Positions 10,167 through 19,670 of a DNA stretch of 64,000 nt are shown piece after piece. Origin of the DNA: an uncultured archaeon. GTDB taxonomy: Archaea > Nanohalarchaeota > Nanosalinia > Nanosalinales > Nanosalinaceae. Position 1 is the first letter of the stretch, and every line of letters starts with the position of its first letter. The stretch spans positions 1-64,000 of the forward strand of contig CAYQYU010000005.1 of NCBI GenBank assembly GCA_964421955.1, read 5' to 3'. The position numbers were made by a program, and so were the translations under genes. Below the pieces are notes generated by a model. The model did no database searches. It worked only from the letters and a program-made list of their open reading frames with translations, and was not told the origin of the DNA.

Positions 10167-10352
10167 ATGGTCAGTCAGGGAACCTGGAACACTCTTTTCA
10201 GCTGGATAACCGGGAAACAGTGCTTAATCCCTGAAGGATGTCCTCCGCCTGTCGAGGGCGTGTTCGTCTATGGCCTGCTTCTCGTGGCCATAGCAGGATC
10301 GGCCTATTATGTCCACAGGAACGGGGTTCCGGAATGGAGAGAGTTATTGTAG
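10167..10352 (+). CDS. Small membrane protein
   Basis: 61-aa ORF with one hydrophobic segment; overlaps the folA start. Confidence 0.55.
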   Translation: MVSQGTWNTLFSWITGKQCLIPEGCPPPVEGVFVYGLLLVAIAGSAYYVHRNGVPEWRELL

Positions 10353-10813
10353 CCGCGGTATCCGAAAACGGCGTTATTGGGAAGGACGGGGATATCCCGT
10401 GGCACTTCCCCGAGGACCTGAAACATTTCCGGGAGACCACTATGGGATATCCTGTGGTGATGGGCAGCAGCACCTACAGGTCTCTACCTAGAGATTATCG
10501 CCCCCTTCCTGGAAGAAAGAATATTGTGCTCACCCGGTCAGGAATCGAAGCACCTGAGAGTGTGGAAGTAGCGAACAGTCTTGACGAGGCCTGGAGTATC
10601 GCAGAAGAGACTGGAAAAGGAAAAGTATTCATCATAGGCGGCGCATCGATCTATGAACAGGTTTTGCCCGATGCAGACAGGATGATCCTGACCGAGATAC
10701 ACCAGGAATACGATGGCGACACCCGCTTTCCTGACTGGGACCGCGAGAGCTGGAAGGAAGTCGAACGCGATGACCGGGAAGAACTCTCTTTCGTAGAATA
10801 TGTCCGGGAATAA
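10334..10813 (+). CDS. folA: Dihydrofolate reductase
   Basis: IVAAVSENGVIGKDGDIPW, PEDLKHF, RPLPGRKNIVLT, FIIGGA, GDTRFP. Start at MERVIV. Confidence 0.95.
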   Translation: MERVIVAAVSENGVIGKDGDIPWHFPEDLKHFRETTMGYPVVMGSSTYRSLPRDYRPLPGRKNIVLTRSGIEAPESVEVANSLDEAWSIAEETGKGKVFIIGGASIYEQVLPDADRMILTEIHQEYDGDTRFPDWDRESWKEVERDDREELSFVEYVRE

Positions 10814-10822
10814 TTTTCAGAA

Positions 10823-12511
10823 TCAGTTCGAGAAGCCCTCGAAGGAGTATTCTTCCTCTTCCTCATCTTCCCCACTGACCATGTCGAGAATCTCGTTTAC
10901 CTTTCTCATTATAGGCTCTGTCCGGCTTCCCTCTTCGGAAGCGGAGTTGAGATACTCCTCTATCTCATCCCCTTTCTCAAGGTACAGCAGCACTCCTCCT
11001 ATAATTGCCAGTATGACGAAGACCATGGCAGCCAGCACAAACAGCAGGCTTCCGCCCTGATCCGGGTTCTCGTTTTCTATTGACGTGGCGGAGATGTCTG
11101 ACGAGCCTGTAGTTGTATCCACTGTCTTTGAACGATCCCCTACCTCTATGTCCCAGGTTCCCTCACTCTCAATCTTCTTCACGAAGCTCGCCTCCCTGGT
11201 CTCTCCAGGGCCGACAGCCTCAAGCTCTTCCTCGAATTCTTCCCCGGCGAGCTCAAATGATACGGTATAGTTTCCTTCCGCATTCCCGTTATTTTTCACG
11301 CTAACAGTTATTTCCAGCGTATCTCCTGCACTGGGATCGCTAACGTTGAGGTCAATGCCCTGGACCTCGAAATCGGGACTCAGCTCGTCTCCAGTTATGG
11401 CAAAGACGGAGAAGCCTGGTGATTCGGCGCGGTAGTAGCGGTAGTCATCGTCATCGTCGGTCTCTTCGGTCGGTAATTCCTCCCATCCCTCGTCGTACCG
11501 CATCAGTCTTACCGAGTCGGGGTCTATAGAATTATTATCGATCCAGTCCTTCTCCACCCGGAAGCTGAAGTTCGCGCTTTCTATATCCCCGTCGGATATA
11601 TTGGTCTTCTCGAGTTCTATATACCTGTAAACGGTCCCTGAAGGATCTTCGTCAGCATCGTCTGGTCTGTCCCCAGAGGTGCTGGACTGTATCGCCACCC
11701 GGTCCTCAACATCGTCGGCTATCTTGATCTTGATGCTGGTCACCGGTGACTCGTCGAACTCGGCATCCTTGATGTCGCCTTCGTCAACCGAGAAAAGGTA
11801 CTCGGTCTCGTCAAACCCGGACTCAAGCGTGGCCGCGCCGCCACCACCGCCCGATGAACTCTCCTGTGTGGAAGAAGTTTCAGTGTTGTTATCAACATCC
11901 ACGGTATCCTCGTAGGAACTGAAGTAGCCTGCGCTATCGGTCACGTTGACAACCACATCGATCTCGTCCTCATCTTCAGGTTCCTCAAAAGTGTGAGACA
12001 ACGAGTTCGAGTTACCTCCTTCCGGATCCCCGCCGACCGTCCAGCTGTAGCTTAGAGGACCGTCAAACTCGTTAGTGGCGGATACGGTAAACTCTCGTTC
12101 TACCTCGTTGTCATCATCGTCATCGTCACCATCATCTCCAAAATCGATGTTGGTATCCCATGAAGCAGATACTTCCGGCCTGTCTCTCAGCACCTGTTTA
12201 ACTTCGGTTGAGTCGGTCTGGCTTCCGTTGCTGACTGTGAGCTTGATCGTATTTGTCTGGGAGGAATCGCGGTCGAATGTAAAGGTCGACTCTAGACCAG
12301 TGGCCTGCTCCGAGGCCTCGACCCAGTCCCAGTTATATGTCAGGGAACCTGATCCACTGGAAAGCTGTGCATCAAACGTCTTTGAAACCTCGTAACTGTT
12401 GCTGGAGTCGAGGACAATATCATCCGGATTGCCAGGATCGATAACTGCGTTGACAGCAGAAACTGTTCCCGTGAGCAGGATTATTGCCGCCAGGGCTGCG
12501 AAACGTCTCAC
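10823..12511 (-). CDS. Cell-surface protein with PKD-like, PGF-pre-PGF and CARDB domains and a C-terminal TM anchor
   Basis: Signal peptide; LTYNWDW/LSYSWTV PKD-like strands; FRVEKDWI...AESPGFSVFAITG; VSVKNNGNAEG; C-terminal hydrophobic helix. Confidence 0.85.
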   Translation of the reverse strand: MRRFAALAAIILLTGTVSAVNAVIDPGNPDDIVLDSSNSYEVSKTFDAQLSSGSGSLTYNWDWVEASEQATGLESTFTFDRDSSQTNTIKLTVSNGSQTDSTEVKQVLRDRPEVSASWDTNIDFGDDGDDDDDDNEVEREFTVSATNEFDGPLSYSWTVGGDPEGGNSNSLSHTFEEPEDEDEIDVVVNVTDSAGYFSSYEDTVDVDNNTETSSTQESSSGGGGGAATLESGFDETEYLFSVDEGDIKDAEFDESPVTSIKIKIADDVEDRVAIQSSTSGDRPDDADEDPSGTVYRYIELEKTNISDGDIESANFSFRVEKDWIDNNSIDPDSVRLMRYDEGWEELPTEETDDDDDYRYYRAESPGFSVFAITGDELSPDFEVQGIDLNVSDPSAGDTLEITVSVKNNGNAEGNYTVSFELAGEEFEEELEAVGPGETREASFVKKIESEGTWDIEVGDRSKTVDTTTGSSDISATSIENENPDQGGSLLFVLAAMVFVILAIIGGVLLYLEKGDEIEEYLNSASEEGSRTEPIMRKVNEILDMVSGEDEEEEEYSFEGFSN

Positions 12512-15500
12512 TCACGGCACCTCGTACATTACCGTGAACTTGCCTCCAAATAGGATTTTGCCAGTAGACCCTTCCGACATCCATGTCTCGTTCCTGTAAA
12601 CTGTGTCTCCGTCAGTCTTCAGCCCCAGTAAGTATCCTCCACCGTAGTCTGTCGAGTTGCCTGCCACGAGACCGCTTATGCTTGTCTCCCCGTTGGTGCC
12701 CGTGACACCAGTTCCGGAGTGGGAGACATTTGTCCTGTTCGACCTGACGATTACCAGAGCCTCCGAAACCAGTTCGTCATTGCTGTCGGTAACGTTGAAG
12801 TTGACCTCGACTTCCCTGGGATTGGTAAGCGTCACCGAGACATTCTGGTACTCCAGCGTTTGGGAGTTGTTCTTGTTCCCAAATACCTCGGTTCTTTTAT
12901 CTATCTCCACTTTCTTCGAAATTGAGGTGTAGTCGTCGCGGATAACTGTTATAGTCACATTATCTCCCTCTTCCTGACGGTGGAACAGTGCGTTTCCAGA
13001 GCTGTCTGTTTCGTTCTGGCCCCCATTGACTATGACTGTTGCGTTCGCCAGAGTTTCCGAAGTGGAATCGTCTTTAACTGTTACGCGGAGACTTCGGCCA
13101 TTGTTGAGTTCAAGTGTCAGGTTCTTGATAACTCCAAGTTCACCGCTACCGACAACGGTCCTGTTTGGCTGGTAGCTCTCGTTGTCGCTGTCAACCCATA
13201 TGTTGTAACCTACGTCTTTCAGGCCCGAGAAGCTGTACTCGCCGCTCGAGTAGGATGTGGACCGGAAGATCTCCTCCGTCGAGTTCCAGATGCTGATGTT
13301 TCCTGATCCAAGTATTGCGCCCGTGGAGTTGTCCGTGATATTCCCTTTCAGCGTCTTGCCGTCGCTGAGGCTAAAGTTTTTGTGGCCGGAAAGCCCTGCT
13401 ACATTAACTCTGGTTTTGTTAGCCTCGTAATCCGTGTTTTCTGGAGGAATTATCTGGAAAGTGTGGTTGTGAGACTTCAGGGTCAGGTTGTAGAACCCGT
13501 TCGAGTCGGTGGTATCCGAGTCGAAGCTGTCCCGGCTGTCGTTCCTCGCGAACACTCTAATCCCGCTTGCTCCGACTGCTGCGCTACTCGAGCCGTTGAA
13601 TACGTAGCCCTCAACACTCTTCCAGCTATCAAGCTGGAAGTCTATCGAAGTATTTTCAAACAGAACCAGCTGTTCCTCCAGAGTCCTGTAATTGCTGCTG
13701 TCAGGGAGGATCTTGATCCGGTAGAAAGTTTTCTTCGGCAGCCCTGTTACGTTGAAGAAGTCGCTGGAGTTGAAGGTATCGTACTTCCAGACGTTCGCTC
13801 CCGGCCCTGTCACGGTTACATTTCCGCTTATCAGACTGCCGTCCGCACCTGTTACATTCCCGCTCAAAGTGGCGTTCTCCACACTCGAGCTGAAGTTCAG
13901 CATCTCGGTATCCGAACTGATATTGACAGCGGTCCTGTTACTATCTATACCGGGTTTGTGGATGTAGACATCAACCCTGTAAGAAACCTGTTCCAGCCCA
14001 TTGATCTCATAGTACCCTGAACTATCCGTCTCAGCAAAGCCGTAGGAATGTTTTGTGCCGTTCCAGACGAACACTTCCGCTTCAAGTCCCTGGCTTCCCT
14101 CTTTTACCCAGCCCTTCAGCGTTGCGCCGGTTGAAACTGTTAAGTTCCTGTCAAGCCTTAAACCGGTATTGGCGTTTATAGTGGCACTGTCCTCTGTAAT
14201 CTTGTAGTTGGAGTTGAAAGGCGGGATGATTTTGATGTTGTAGTCGGTGTTGTTCGTCACCTTCGTGGAGAACGTGCCGTTACTGTCCGTGACCGTTTGC
14301 GTGAATTTTCTCTCCGACCGGTTCTCCAATATTACGCGGGCATCAGATATTACACCCCCGGTACTGTTCACAACTGTTCCGTTGAAATCAACCTTTACCG
14401 GGAACTCGAACTCTCCAGATACATTCGTGATATTATTTTTCTGGACCTTTGCTATCTTCGGCCCGGCAATACTTACTATAGGAGATCCGGAACCGGTCTC
14501 GAACTTGGCGACCATGACCTCGTAGCTGCCGTTAGGAATATTCGATAGGGTGAAGCCCGGGGGTTTTATCCCGTTCTTGATGTAGGTCCTGCCCCGGGTA
14601 TCATTGAAGACGCCGGCGGCGTACTTCACGTTCGATTTCCTGGAACCTTCAAGAGTGCCCGAAACATCGCCTGTGTGAGAGGTAATATTGAAGTCGAACC
14701 CGGGGAAGGATGAGGGCGACTGTTCATCAATCTCAACGGTCGGATTGAATGCATCATAGGTATCGTTCCTTGAGTTGTTCATGACCTCTATCTTGTAGTT
14801 GCCCGGGGAAAGTCCTGTGAAGTTGAATGCTCCATTACTATCGGTGAATTTGACAAGCCTCGGTGGAGCTACGGTGAGAGGTGTCCTCGAAAGATACTCA
14901 CCGTTGTAACCGGTCAATTGGATCTTAACATCTGGTCCGTAACTGCGGTTCGAGTTGTTGAATACCTGTCCCGATACGAAGTAGCTGTTGTCGAGCGCAA
15001 AGTCGTTTATACGGGGCTTTGGAGCAGCTGGCAAAGCGCCCGGGAACGGCTTGGAAGCATTCCTTGAGGCCTTGGCCGAGAGACCGTATCCTGAGGCGTT
15101 GACCATTATCCAGTACTTGTGGAGCCCGGTCGCGTTCAGCCTGTAAAGCCGCTCATTATTATTCGACCCAGGGTTCATGTTGGTCAGGTTGTCGATGCCG
15201 GTCTCGTACGCACTCCTTGGAATCTCGGTGGCGTTCTCCCAGTAGAACATACTGATATTAGGTGTTCCGGAAATCTCCGGCTGGGGAGGACCTCCCTGGG
15301 GAGCCCGTATCCTGCCTGTGACATCAGAATTATTCCTCACCACATCGATATTGACCCTGGAGCTTGCCGATGCCGAACTTGTGTCATTAACTGTGTAGCG
15401 GCCCTCACCAATCTGGGTTATGTTCAGCGTGCCGTTATTGTCAAATGAGTCAAATAGACTGAATGTCGGCGCCCCAGCCCTGTTCTGCAGTTCAAAGTTG

Positions 15501-15706
15501 CCTGAACCGCCTATTATCTCCAGAGTGTTGCCAATAAATGTGACGTTGGGCCCAGAAAAAATGAAATCAAAGGTTGTATCCGTAGCCGGATCGCTGTCGG
15601 CAACTCCGAAAGATGGCTGGGCCGATACCATGCCTACCAGAAACAGGAGTGAGATGGAAAGAGCTATCGTGGCTTCTCTACGGCTCCCAAAAACATCGCT
15701 CGGCAT
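12512..15706 (-). CDS. Large secreted glycoprotein with tandem carboxypeptidase-regulatory-like beta-sandwich repeats
   Basis: 1064 aa, signal peptide, repeated TDSNG.F/Y and G.V motifs, dense N-x-S/T sequons. Confidence 0.85.
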   Translation of the reverse strand: MPSDVFGSRREATIALSISLLFLVGMVSAQPSFGVADSDPATDTTFDFIFSGPNVTFIGNTLEIIGGSGNFELQNRAGAPTFSLFDSFDNNGTLNITQIGEGRYTVNDTSSASASSRVNIDVVRNNSDVTGRIRAPQGGPPQPEISGTPNISMFYWENATEIPRSAYETGIDNLTNMNPGSNNNERLYRLNATGLHKYWIMVNASGYGLSAKASRNASKPFPGALPAAPKPRINDFALDNSYFVSGQVFNNSNRSYGPDVKIQLTGYNGEYLSRTPLTVAPPRLVKFTDSNGAFNFTGLSPGNYKIEVMNNSRNDTYDAFNPTVEIDEQSPSSFPGFDFNITSHTGDVSGTLEGSRKSNVKYAAGVFNDTRGRTYIKNGIKPPGFTLSNIPNGSYEVMVAKFETGSGSPIVSIAGPKIAKVQKNNITNVSGEFEFPVKVDFNGTVVNSTGGVISDARVILENRSERKFTQTVTDSNGTFSTKVTNNTDYNIKIIPPFNSNYKITEDSATINANTGLRLDRNLTVSTGATLKGWVKEGSQGLEAEVFVWNGTKHSYGFAETDSSGYYEINGLEQVSYRVDVYIHKPGIDSNRTAVNISSDTEMLNFSSSVENATLSGNVTGADGSLISGNVTVTGPGANVWKYDTFNSSDFFNVTGLPKKTFYRIKILPDSSNYRTLEEQLVLFENTSIDFQLDSWKSVEGYVFNGSSSAAVGASGIRVFARNDSRDSFDSDTTDSNGFYNLTLKSHNHTFQIIPPENTDYEANKTRVNVAGLSGHKNFSLSDGKTLKGNITDNSTGAILGSGNISIWNSTEEIFRSTSYSSGEYSFSGLKDVGYNIWVDSDNESYQPNRTVVGSGELGVIKNLTLELNNGRSLRVTVKDDSTSETLANATVIVNGGQNETDSSGNALFHRQEEGDNVTITVIRDDYTSISKKVEIDKRTEVFGNKNNSQTLEYQNVSVTLTNPREVEVNFNVTDSNDELVSEALVIVRSNRTNVSHSGTGVTGTNGETSISGLVAGNSTDYGGGYLLGLKTDGDTVYRNETWMSEGSTGKILFGGKFTVMYEVP

Positions 15707-15781
15707 ATAGATATTTGTTTATCATAGCCATTTATAGGGTTAACCGGGCCGGGAGAAGGATAGAGGACAGCTTTGCGAGAC

Positions 15782-16561
15782 CTACAGAAACCTGAGCAGG
15801 ACTATCGCTATGAGGATGGCTGCCATAACTATCGCGCCGAATGTGCCGGGGCCTATGTCGAGGAAGCTGGCGATGTCTGAAAGCCCGGGGACGATGCCGG
15901 CAAGCATCGCAGCCGAGACAAAAAGTATTGTCAGCGATATGATGATCATGAAGGTGGTGAACGCCTCCTGCTCGTCGCCCTCTTCCTTCATACCTTTCAT
16001 CTCCTGGCCGATCTTCCATATCTCATCGAGGATTATCAGTGCCGCGGGAATCAGGACAAGCAGCAGGAATGCGTTGAGACCGCCCGCCCACACTATCACA
16101 TATCCGAGATAGGGAACCGAGAACATTACCTCGCCCACCAGTTCATCGGCTTCGACAAATCCGGGATCGGGGTCCTCGTTGTTGTCTCCCTTCGTCTCGA
16201 ACCTCAGATTTTCCCCGCTACCTTCGACTCCTATAACGCGGTGGGTGGTGACCTCGTCTTCATCGCTCTGGAAGGTGATGACATCATTCTCCCGGATGTT
16301 CTCTGGCTTGACGCCGTATACGAAAACTACCGCGCCTGTTTCAATAGCCGGCTCCATCGACCCTGACTCGACAACGTAGGCCTCTTTTGCACCCACGAGT
16401 TGGGGGACCGAGTAGAGAACAAAAGGTAGCAGGAGTATAGCAATAACAATCCAGGAAAAGCTGCTCAAATTCAGTCCCGGGAGATTTATCTCAGGTGCGG
16501 AAAGTTCAAGACCCGAATTCTCCTCCTCTTCATCATCCTCGTAGGAGTAATCGTATCCCAT
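15782..16561 (-). CDS. sipW: Signal peptidase I, SipW/ER-type (S26B)
   Basis: ESGSMEP (Ser), TTHRV (His), TKGDNNEDPD, VPYLGY; several TM helices. Confidence 0.92.
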   Translation of the reverse strand: MGYDYSYEDDEEEENSGLELSAPEINLPGLNLSSFSWIVIAILLLPFVLYSVPQLVGAKEAYVVESGSMEPAIETGAVVFVYGVKPENIRENDVITFQSDEDEVTTHRVIGVEGSGENLRFETKGDNNEDPDPGFVEADELVGEVMFSVPYLGYVIVWAGGLNAFLLLVLIPAALIILDEIWKIGQEMKGMKEEGDEQEAFTTFMIIISLTILFVSAAMLAGIVPGLSDIASFLDIGPGTFGAIVMAAILIAIVLLRFL

Positions 16562-16573
16562 AGCTTTTCCTCC

Positions 16574-17710
16574 TCACCTCGGAAGGTTAAATCTCTCGAT
16601 GATATCGCGGCGTCTCCAGTAAAGCACGGCAAGCAGGATCAGGAGCAGAAGTGCGAGCAAACCTGACTGCGACTGGAAGAAACTTGGCGTAGGAGTTTCC
16701 GGTGTCTCAGGACTCTGTGGACTCTCCTGGTCTGGCTGTTCCTGCTCGGACTCTTCCCCTGTCATGAGTTCCAGGCTGAAGGACAGGCTCGATGTTTCAT
16801 CCGCCGTAATTTCCTGGTCAGCGGTCTCGAAAATGTAGCCAGATACGGAGGCGTTCACAAGGTAGTCGCCCTCGGCCAGACTGAACCGGGCGATTCCGGA
16901 TGCGTTCGTGTCGCCGGAGGTTTCAAAGCTGTCACCGGAGACCTCGACTGTAGCGCCCTCTATAGCGGTGCCGGATTCGTTAGTGACCGTCACTTCAAGG
17001 ATTCCGATATCCACGTTATCTGAATCACTGCTGTCCTTCGAAGTTCCGGAACTCTCGATCCTGAAGTTATTCGTGCCGTCGCTGGTACTGGTTTCATCAT
17101 CTCCGTTATTGCCGTTGTCGTCACTGCCGTTATCGCCCCCTCCATTCGAGTCATCGCCAGAGGGTTCTCCTGTCGCCGCGACAAGGTCGAAGCCGAATGA
17201 GTCTGTCTGTGCCGCATTTGTCGCCCCCTTAGGAAGCAGCCATTTCACAACTATTCTCTTTTCATCCGACGGACTGAGGTCTCCGAGGAAGCTCCACGGG
17301 TTGCTCATCTGGGTCCAGTTGTTAACTATCAGGAGCTTCTCGCCCGGATCGTGTTGAAGGTTGCCGCCGGTCGATTCTATCCACGCGGTGAAGTTCATCT
17401 CCTCGTCGAGCTCGCCGTCAGGGTCACAGCTACCTCCCTCGGCATCTGCCTCGGGTTCAATGCAGGAGTTGTCGCTGTCGTCTGTCTCGTTGAGCTTTAT
17501 GTAGAGGCTGTAGGTATCGTTAAGACTGATATCAACCACCCAGAGACCGGAGTCGCCGGGCAGGACGTTGTCAAGCTGGAAGCTTGGTGCGTCTCTGGTC
17601 TGGCCAGCGTAGTAGGTGTCGAAGCTTGCATTAAACGTGTTCTCTTGCGCAGTTACTGGAGCCAGGAAAAGCACCAGTAGCAGAGCGGATAGAACGAGTT
17701 TTCTCATCAC
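16574..17710 (-). CDS. Membrane-anchored TasA-like protein with linker and beta-sandwich domain
   Basis: LDNVLPGDSG, CIEPEADA, AAQTDSFGFDL shared with the neighbouring TasA-like proteins; G/D/N/S linker; C-terminal TM plus YWRRR. Confidence 0.75.
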   Translation of the reverse strand: MMRKLVLSALLLVLFLAPVTAQENTFNASFDTYYAGQTRDAPSFQLDNVLPGDSGLWVVDISLNDTYSLYIKLNETDDSDNSCIEPEADAEGGSCDPDGELDEEMNFTAWIESTGGNLQHDPGEKLLIVNNWTQMSNPWSFLGDLSPSDEKRIVVKWLLPKGATNAAQTDSFGFDLVAATGEPSGDDSNGGGDNGSDDNGNNGDDETSTSDGTNNFRIESSGTSKDSSDSDNVDIGILEVTVTNESGTAIEGATVEVSGDSFETSGDTNASGIARFSLAEGDYLVNASVSGYIFETADQEITADETSSLSFSLELMTGEESEQEQPDQESPQSPETPETPTPSFFQSQSGLLALLLLILLAVLYWRRRDIIERFNLPR

Positions 17711-19650
17711 TGTCCGCCTCCTGGAAGATCCACTTCAAGCCCATGGTTTTTGCCGGGATCAAGTCTGTGGGTCATATTATCGTGTAGCTGCTGCTCGCCC
17801 GCTCTTGAACCGTCCCATCCCGCGAACGGTTTGGAATAGACCGCCAGCGTAACGTTCACACCGTCGCTGCAGACTCCTTCGTCCTTCACATCAAATCGGG
17901 CTCTCACCGTGTCTCCGCCCTGAATCAGCTTAAATGCCTTGTCGCTTTCGATACATTCGACCTGTTCAGGGTTGCCTCCTGGATTGGTCAGTCCGTCATC
18001 GATGTTTCCATGCCTGTGCCGGATCATGCTTCCCCTGTCATGGTAGAGCTGGTCTGACAGGTTCTCAATTGGATGGCCCTCAACGAGATCAATCTGGTAG
18101 TACTCGTCTTCTCCCTCACCGTTATCCTGGTCTACATCGATAGGCTCACAGAAGTCGAAGACCACGTGGCTCAGTGCGAACGATCCTTCTCCTCCTGTTT
18201 TATCGTCGCTCGTAACTTCAATTACGTATGTTTCAGTTCCATCACCGTTCTGGATTATATCGACCAACTCCACTGTGAAGGCTCCCGAGGGCACGGTCTT
18301 CTGATCTCCCTCGCCCTCGAGCTTCACTGATTCCTCGAGCTGGCCTGCCTTGGTCTTCACCCAGACAGAATCATTACCGTTCTCCAGCGTGATAGTGAAC
18401 ACGTCAGACTCATTTTCTCCTTCTTCTCCCAGTTCGTGCCCCAGAGACTCAAACTTGACCCTGCTAGAACTCTTTATCTGGGCCCCATATTCTCCTTCTC
18501 CAGTATCGCCGTTGCTAAAGGTTCTATCCGACCCATAGTAGCCATCACTGGGATCGACTATGCCGCCGCAGTCCTGGCATTCCGCGAAAGTCTCTGTGCT
18601 GAAAGTGTTCTCCGCGCTGATCTCTGTGTCGTGGAAACCCGTCACTTCCTGGTCAGGGTTGTTCCTTTCCTGGACAATATCGAATGAGAAGTCGAAAACC
18701 TTTTCCTGTTCCTGGACCTCGCAAACGTCTTTTCCATTCATCCGCCACCGGAAGCCGATGTGCTGTATATCTGTTCCAAAGGCCGATATTCCTGAAGCGG
18801 TCGGGCTGAGCGTAATCCCTTTTTCGAGTTTTTCCCCGATCTCGTGTGCGGTTCCGTTCGCGATCACGCGCTCGTTCTCGTATCTGTTGTCGCCGTCATC
18901 GTACCACACCAGGAACTCCAGTTGATCGCCGAGACCTCTATCCGGCTCCGGCAGGTCGATAGTTAAGGAATAGTTGCCAGAGGTGTAGTTGGTAGTATTG
19001 TAATCTACAAGGACCTGTTCGTCGGCCTCATCCGGCTTCCATCCTCCGCCGGACGCCTTCTCGTAGCTCGCGAGCGTCAGCGTCCTGTTGCAGTCGATCT
19101 CGAAGTCGACCGTCACCTGGTATTCCTCGTGGTCGAACTCCATTTTATCCGTCTCGACACAGCCTTTTTCGCCGCCGGAAACGCTGTATCCTGACTCCGA
19201 GACGTTGCCGTGTTTCCAGGCGATTTTTCTATCGCCGTAGAGGTTGTCCTCGCTGAGGTTGTGGATGACCTCGCCCTCAACAAAGTCGACCTGGTAGTAA
19301 GAAGGTTCTGGATCCGGGCCCGCGGTCTGGTTGACGGAGAAATTCATCCAGTACGGGTTTGTCTCACCCTCGAACGAGATAGTGGCCTCGCCTGTATCGC
19401 CGGGCTCGATCCCGGTCAGGTTGAAGATGGCCCCAGGATTATTTGTCAGCGGCTGGTCCTCAATACTATTGTTGTTGTAGGATTCTTCCCACCCTACCTG
19501 GAGGTCGATAGATCCTGTTTCAAAACGGTTGTCCTGACTGGTCTCGATGTCGAAGAAAGAGTAGGCGGCCGCAGAACCTGTTAACATGAGTAAAGCTACA
19601 GCTACCACTGCAACTGCTGCTCTACCGATCGAGTGATTCTTTGCTTTCAT
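17707..19650 (-). CDS. Multidomain SipW-class (TasA-like) secreted protein
   Basis: Signal peptide then AYSFFDIETSQDNRFETGSIDL; IEPGDTG, VWYDDGDN, QERNNP; two copies of an unnamed ~120-aa domain. Confidence 0.8.
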   Translation of the reverse strand: MKAKNHSIGRAAVAVVAVALLMLTGSAAAYSFFDIETSQDNRFETGSIDLQVGWEESYNNNSIEDQPLTNNPGAIFNLTGIEPGDTGEATISFEGETNPYWMNFSVNQTAGPDPEPSYYQVDFVEGEVIHNLSEDNLYGDRKIAWKHGNVSESGYSVSGGEKGCVETDKMEFDHEEYQVTVDFEIDCNRTLTLASYEKASGGGWKPDEADEQVLVDYNTTNYTSGNYSLTIDLPEPDRGLGDQLEFLVWYDDGDNRYENERVIANGTAHEIGEKLEKGITLSPTASGISAFGTDIQHIGFRWRMNGKDVCEVQEQEKVFDFSFDIVQERNNPDQEVTGFHDTEISAENTFSTETFAECQDCGGIVDPSDGYYGSDRTFSNGDTGEGEYGAQIKSSSRVKFESLGHELGEEGENESDVFTITLENGNDSVWVKTKAGQLEESVKLEGEGDQKTVPSGAFTVELVDIIQNGDGTETYVIEVTSDDKTGGEGSFALSHVVFDFCEPIDVDQDNGEGEDEYYQIDLVEGHPIENLSDQLYHDRGSMIRHRHGNIDDGLTNPGGNPEQVECIESDKAFKLIQGGDTVRARFDVKDEGVCSDGVNVTLAVYSKPFAGWDGSRAGEQQLHDNMTHRLDPGKNHGLEVDLPGGGQ

Positions 19651-19670
19651 GGTTCTGCGTTCCGCTCGCG

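Noticed and set aside
10238-10333. N-terminal extension of DHFR
   Set aside because: The DHFR fold begins at MERVIVAA (10334). The extension overlaps a small membrane ORF.
12108-12140. TCATCG-type trinucleotide repeats
   Set aside because: They encode a poly-Asp linker in a surface protein and are not an independent repeat element.
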